Origin: Candidatus Zixiibacteriota bacterium
GTDB taxonomy: Bacteria > Zixibacteria > MSB-5A5 > UBA10806 > 4484-95
Direction of reading: 5' to 3'
Assembly: GCA_029932605.1 (NCBI GenBank)
Contig: JAOZPT010000019.1
Location: 1-41,616 of the forward strand
Length of the DNA stretch: 41,616 nucleotides
The notes beneath the pieces were generated by a model. It had not been told where the DNA came from, ran no database searches, and was given only the letters and a program-made list of their open reading frames with translations. The translations under genes and the position numbers were made by a program. Shown here piece after piece: positions 37,021 to 41,616 of the stretch. Position 1 is the stretch's first letter, and every line of letters starts with the position of its first letter.

Positions 37021-38202
37021 ATGGCTAAAACCGAAGACCCGTTTTTTTATTCACAGCTGGAATGTCCTGTATGCAAAACCTTAAATGAATATACCAACAT
37101 AAAAATGGGTTCTTATATTGAAAGCGGGCGAGATACGGATTTTTGTCCTGTCGGATATGTTTGGCATAATCCAGCTTTCCAGAAATACAATCCCCTTTTG
37201 TTTTTTATGGCGACTTGTCGAAAATGCTTTTATACACGTGAGCTTAACAACGCATACAAGAACTGGCAGAAAGATTCGACATTTAAGATGTATCGCTTGA
37301 AAAACCTCCAGGAAAAACACCTGGGTGAATACATGAAAGAGGGGGGCATACTTAAATTTTTGGGAAATCATATCGACCAGAACAAATACCCTTTTGAATC
37401 GGCAGTAATCAAATTTTTAATAGGTGTCTTCGATGAACAACTCCTGGAGCACCCCTCGAAACTTGATCTGGGAAGATATTTTTTAAGAATCGGCTGGCTT
37501 TTCCGAGTTGAAAATGACCTTATAGATGGTGAAAGTAGTATCATTTCAGGATTTTTCTTAAAGTTGAAAGGGGCTGTAAAAACAGCCAACCGGATTTTGC
37601 CCGATTATGATGATAAAATAAAAAACTTAAAAAGCCACATCGAACATGATTATGCTTTAGTCTTTAATGGTGTATCCCAGGCGGATGATTATAAAAGGCA
37701 AATTCAACAGGCTATTAATGAGGTCTCATCCTCATTGGAACCTCTGATAAATGCTGGCGAAAAACTTGAGCAAATTTTCAGTAAAGTAGAAAGAGCACTA
37801 GCAGGCGTAAATGAAGTTAAGAATAAGACTTTCTTTGAGTTTTCAAGTTTTTACGATTTTCTGTACAAAGCCAAAGAGCTATGGGATGAGGTTCCATTAT
37901 CTGAAAGAGAGGCTTTGATGAAAGCCACTGAATATTACCGGGAAGCGTATGAGGCTAGCGACAAAATTGGTCAGGGTATAGGACAGATTCAAGCGGCTTA
38001 CTTGATAGCCGAGCTTTCTCGACGTACCGGTAATCATGAGGATGCTGACCGTTATTTTAACCAAATGATCAGGTTCAGCCGAGATATTATCCATACTCAG
38101 AAGGGGGATAAATCAACCATAAAATTCACCAAGGGGTTGTTGGAGATGGCTATGGAACAGGCTCGCCTTAACAGGCGAGTAAGCGAGGGAGCGGTAAGAT
38201 GA
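37021..38202 (+). CDS. DUF2225-like zinc-finger/TPR protein
   Basis: CPVC..DTDFCP..C..C, LRIGWLFR, YLIAELSRRTG. Confidence 0.75.
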   Translation: MAKTEDPFFYSQLECPVCKTLNEYTNIKMGSYIESGRDTDFCPVGYVWHNPAFQKYNPLLFFMATCRKCFYTRELNNAYKNWQKDSTFKMYRLKNLQEKHLGEYMKEGGILKFLGNHIDQNKYPFESAVIKFLIGVFDEQLLEHPSKLDLGRYFLRIGWLFRVENDLIDGESSIISGFFLKLKGAVKTANRILPDYDDKIKNLKSHIEHDYALVFNGVSQADDYKRQIQQAINEVSSSLEPLINAGEKLEQIFSKVERALAGVNEVKNKTFFEFSSFYDFLYKAKELWDEVPLSEREALMKATEYYREAYEASDKIGQGIGQIQAAYLIAELSRRTGNHEDADRYFNQMIRFSRDIIHTQKGDKSTIKFTKGLLEMAMEQARLNRRVSEGAVR

Positions 38203-38957
38203 AAAAGATAAAAGCGAAAGAAAAAGCCACTGACGTAGTTCGTCTTTGGCAAAGGTTGGAGCTTAGGCTAAAAGATGGTGATGATGTCACCGTTTTTATT
38301 ACCCGAGTTGAGGACATTAGAGACGACAGGTTTATTGTTGAATGCCCGGTGAGAATCAAAGGGAAACACCCCTTGGAGGTTGGACAGACGGTCGAGGCTT
38401 TTTTCAACAAACAGGATGCCGCTTATGTATTTAAAGCGGTGATTGCCTCAATAGATTCCCAAAAAGAGAACATGACGACACTTCAGCCGATATCAGGACT
38501 TGCAAGGACTCAAAGAAGAAAATTTGTGCGGATTGATATATCTGGGGATATCGCTTATAAAGTGCTCGATGTCAGCAAACGCGAACACGGTCTAATAGGT
38601 ATTGAAAAAAAAGGTGAACTGCTCAACATATCTGCTGGTGGTATCTTGGTGGTTACCGCTGAAAAACTCAATCAGGGAGATCACCTGTTGATGAATTTCC
38701 GACTGAAAAACAGCCAAAATCTTGAAAACATTCTTGGCCTCGTGAAAAGAGTTGATGAACAGGAGGGAGAGTACATTGTTGGTATAGAGTTTTTAGTCAA
38801 AGAGCAGTTGTTAGAAACTTTTCCTCCTGACCTTGCTGAATTATTACCACCGGATATCGGTTATTTCAATGATGAGCTTCAAAAAGTCATAATCCAGTTT
38901 GTTTATAAACAGCAGGTTCAACTCAGGAAGAAAGGGAAATTGCAGGAAAGCCTATGA
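38199..38957 (+). CDS. YcgR/PilZ-type c-di-GMP flagellar brake
   Basis: QRRKFVR (RxxxR) and NISAGG (D/NxSxxG) motifs; PilZN-like N-domain. Confidence 0.88.
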   Translation: MKKIKAKEKATDVVRLWQRLELRLKDGDDVTVFITRVEDIRDDRFIVECPVRIKGKHPLEVGQTVEAFFNKQDAAYVFKAVIASIDSQKENMTTLQPISGLARTQRRKFVRIDISGDIAYKVLDVSKREHGLIGIEKKGELLNISAGGILVVTAEKLNQGDHLLMNFRLKNSQNLENILGLVKRVDEQEGEYIVGIEFLVKEQLLETFPPDLAELLPPDIGYFNDELQKVIIQFVYKQQVQLRKKGKLQESL

Positions 38958-39544
38958 GATTTTTATTTTGCCTGACGTTGTTAATCTTAACAGGGAATCC
39001 TCTTTTAGGGTTAGCCCAAGGACTTAATCCAGGTATTAATATAGCAGCTTGTTTTCACCAGGTTGATATCAGTAGTGATGAGCCTGCTGTTTGTTTGGCG
39101 GATTATTTTGTTAGAGAATTGGGTCTGAAGTTGAAAGATCGGCCATTAGATATCAAATTTTACCGGGGTTCGCAAGATAGCTTCGATCTTTGGGTGAGCT
39201 CCTTAAATTATCCCTATATTTTTATTGTTGATGTAACTGAGCAGGGTTGGATGATTAACCGGCCTTTTTCGATACCTTTTATCTTTAACATATATCGGTC
39301 AAGCTACATGATAAAAGCATATGTAAAGTTTTTCAGTAAAGACAATTTGAAGCTTTTGTTGAATAAAAGATACTATGTTAAAGTTAACGGCCGTGAAGCT
39401 TACCAGATTTTATATAATGATCCAAATGATGGTGAGCTTGCCATTTCATTCGGCAATCAAAAGTTAATACAAGAACATGTCTGGCAGAAGCTTATCCGGA
39501 ACGTAGCGAATGATGTTTATAATATATTAAAAAGAGGGGGATAG
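38954..39544 (+). CDS. Hypothetical exported protein
   Basis: ATGA overlap with the upstream stop; signal-peptide-like N-terminus. Confidence 0.7.
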   Translation: MRFLFCLTLLILTGNPLLGLAQGLNPGINIAACFHQVDISSDEPAVCLADYFVRELGLKLKDRPLDIKFYRGSQDSFDLWVSSLNYPYIFIVDVTEQGWMINRPFSIPFIFNIYRSSYMIKAYVKFFSKDNLKLLLNKRYYVKVNGREAYQILYNDPNDGELAISFGNQKLIQEHVWQKLIRNVANDVYNILKRGG

Positions 39545-39549
39545 TTTGT

Positions 39550-39972
39550 ATGTATAAAATGGTACAACAGTGTAAGCTTGAATCTCCAAATAAGGTTCTC
39601 GTAGTTGATGATGAATTGCTTGTGCGGAATATCATAGCCAAAGTCCTTAACCGTTACCTTGGATGTGAGGTTTATACTGCATCATCAGGTAGAGAGGCCA
39701 TCAGTTTTATAAAATCTGTTGGGTTTGATATTTTTTTAATTGATTTGGCCATGTCTGATATTTCCGGAATTGAACTTATTAAGATAATCCACAAGCTAAA
39801 ACTTCAGACACCTATAGTGGTAATCACGGGAAATGGCAGTGATAAGGATATTGTGGAAGCAAATAGGCTGGGGATAAACCAGATAGTTTATAAACCTTTT
39901 AAAATTGTCACCTTTTTAGAAGTTATGGCGGATATTCTTTTGGAAAAAGAAGGGGTGATTGATTACGCATAA
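39550..39972 (+). CDS. Single-domain response regulator (REC)
   Basis: VLVVDDE, phospho-Asp in FLIDLAM, VVITG, KPF. Confidence 0.92.
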   Translation: MYKMVQQCKLESPNKVLVVDDELLVRNIIAKVLNRYLGCEVYTASSGREAISFIKSVGFDIFLIDLAMSDISGIELIKIIHKLKLQTPIVVITGNGSDKDIVEANRLGINQIVYKPFKIVTFLEVMADILLEKEGVIDYA

Positions 39973-39998
39973 AACTAAAATCATTTAAGGAGGGTTAG

Positions 39999-40868
39999 GT
40001 GGCCCGGAGAAAGAAAGTCGAATTATCCTGTAATCTTGAAACGGAGCTGGCTCTGCTTTACGAGATAAGCACGTTGGTCCAGCTTTCGCCGTCGAATAAT
40101 AAGACCTTTGAGCAAATTTTGGAGCTGGTTAATAAGGTCGTAGATTTCAGGGCGGCTTCTTTATTTTTAATAGAAATGGAAACTGGCATGCTTACCGAAG
40201 TCGCCAAGTTGGGACGAAGTACTGACCTTATAAGTTTTGTCAGGTTCGATAAGGGAATGGGCTTATCGGGCTGGGTAGCCAAAGAGAAAAGACCGATTAT
40301 TCTTAATAACCTTCGCAAAAGTCATGGTAATATCCATACCAAGTCGTTTATGTCTGTACCGATAATATTCAAAGATGAGTTGATAGGAGTAATAAATTTT
40401 GCTCATGATCAACCTGATGCTTTTACCCAGAGGGATATGCAGATAGTTGGAATTATTGCCGCCGAGATTGCGGTGACAATTGAGCGAGTGGTATATGAAT
40501 ATCTTTTGGAGAAGAAGGATACCGAACTAAGGGAAACAAGCGAGAAATTAAGACAGGTTCAGATGAAATTGGTAGAATTTGAAAAAAAGCAGACGGAGGC
40601 TGATGTAGCGGTTACACTGAATCATAAAATAAGCAATCCCCTGGCAATTATCGCCGGCAATGCCCAATTTTTATTGATGACTATGAAAAATGCTAATCCG
40701 TCGGTTATTAAAAGGCTGAAAGCTATAGACGAAGGCGCTCTGGCCATTGCCCAGATTACTGAGAAATTCAAACAATTGGATACACTAGCGGTTGAGAATT
40801 ATGTTAAAGGTTATCCAAAAAAGACCATCAACTTGAAAAAACCGGCAAAGGTTAGTCAGCGGTGTTAG
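39999..40868 (+). CDS. GAF + coiled coil + HisKA protein lacking a HATPase domain
   Basis: GLSGWVA..RP, SFMSVPI...LIGVI, FT..D GAF motifs; H-box-like TLNHKISNPL; ends ~80 aa later. Confidence 0.85.
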   Translation: MARRKKVELSCNLETELALLYEISTLVQLSPSNNKTFEQILELVNKVVDFRAASLFLIEMETGMLTEVAKLGRSTDLISFVRFDKGMGLSGWVAKEKRPIILNNLRKSHGNIHTKSFMSVPIIFKDELIGVINFAHDQPDAFTQRDMQIVGIIAAEIAVTIERVVYEYLLEKKDTELRETSEKLRQVQMKLVEFEKKQTEADVAVTLNHKISNPLAIIAGNAQFLLMTMKNANPSVIKRLKAIDEGALAIAQITEKFKQLDTLAVENYVKGYPKKTINLKKPAKVSQRC

Positions 40869-41616
40869 CTCAAATTAGTGAAAATAGCACAAGTGTCAGC
40901 GAAATGCAGGTCTTGGTCAGAATGGATGTCGTTGGATATTTCATTCTTGACGGAAGCGGTAATACGGTTAAAACTGGTGGTGCGTTTGCAAATGATTCCT
41001 ATGTTTTGGGAAATCTTGTTGACCATATGCCGATGCTTTCGAACCATCTTGGCAATCCAGACAAACCCGGAGCTTTTTATAAAGCCTCAAAAGATTTAAA
41101 TATTCTTGCCGAGAACAAAGGTGAATGCACCATTTACGTCGGTCCTGCTCCTGACAGTGACGAGATTCTTGGTATTGTATTTAATGGCGTTTTGCCTGAT
41201 AAGGCTGGCAAATTAATACAGCCAGAGATATTCATTCTATCTCTTATCACTCAGGCTGTTAGAGCTTTTAATCGTGCAGATAATCTCGAGGATATTTTAA
41301 AAATTGTCCTTATTGGAGTAACGGCTGGCAGTGGCCTCGGCTTTAACCGTGCCTTTATACTTTTGACAAGTGATGATGGAAATTGTCTTAAAGGAGCTCT
41401 TGCCAATGGTCCTTCCTCTCCTGAAGAGGCTGGCGCAATATGGGAGAAACTCTCAACCGGTGAGTTGACGCTGGAGATGATGTTTGAGGATGTTTTGAGA
41501 AAAAGCGTTAATACTAGACAGCCGATAAATGAGTTGTTGAAGGGGTTGGAAATTCCCCTTGATAGAGCGAATAACATATTTGCCCGTACTGTCCTTGAGA
41601 AAAAATCGATTATTAG
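40862..41616 (+). CDS. GAF-containing sensor (probable histidine kinase), truncated by the window end
   Basis: Frame open from GTG 40862 to the end, absent from the ORF track; ILKIVLIGVTAGSGLGFNRAFILL..GPSSPEEAGAIW. Confidence 0.8.
   Translation, partial: MLAQISENSTSVSEMQVLVRMDVVGYFILDGSGNTVKTGGAFANDSYVLGNLVDHMPMLSNHLGNPDKPGAFYKASKDLNILAENKGECTIYVGPAPDSDEILGIVFNGVLPDKAGKLIQPEIFILSLITQAVRAFNRADNLEDILKIVLIGVTAGSGLGFNRAFILLTSDDGNCLKGALANGPSSPEEAGAIWEKLSTGELTLEMMFEDVLRKSVNTRQPINELLKGLEIPLDRANNIFARTVLEKKSII

Noticed and set aside
40878..41099. 73-aa + strand ORF in the track
   Set aside because: Lies out of frame within the longer GAF-sensor frame starting at 40862
1016..41577. Numerous 60-160 aa minus-strand ORFs overlapping flagellar and signalling genes
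   Set aside because: Antisense to clearly identified genes; treated as spurious

Overview
A large bacterial flagellar cluster on the + strand: motAB; flgB-flgC-hyp-fliEFGHIJ; MotE/YlxF-like-fliK-flgD-TIGR02530-flgE-flbD-fliLMNOPQ; fliR-flhBAF-flhG-fliA. It continues into accessory and signalling genes: two small hypotheticals, a DUF2225-like protein, a PilZ brake, a receiver protein, a GAF-HisKA protein and a sensor cut off by the window edge. Between fliJ and the MotE-like gene lies a ~10 kb minus-strand block with two giant secreted proteins: an S8 subtilase and a Cys/acid-rich PPC-repeat protein with no recognisable catalytic domain. Both end in the same Cys-braced dockerin-like domain, a style I associate with candidate phylum Zixibacteria (inference). 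Regulatory sites are readable: three sigma54 promoters with a shared upstream palindrome, a perfect sigma28 promoter for motAB, and a perfect sigma70 promoter for the repeat protein. The most unusual items are the 898-aa hook protein with two ~71% identical FN3/Ig-like inserts, the dockerin-tagged protease/repeat-protein pair, and a structured RNA leader between TIGR02530 and flgE. All domain names come from motif recognition by eye, not database searches.
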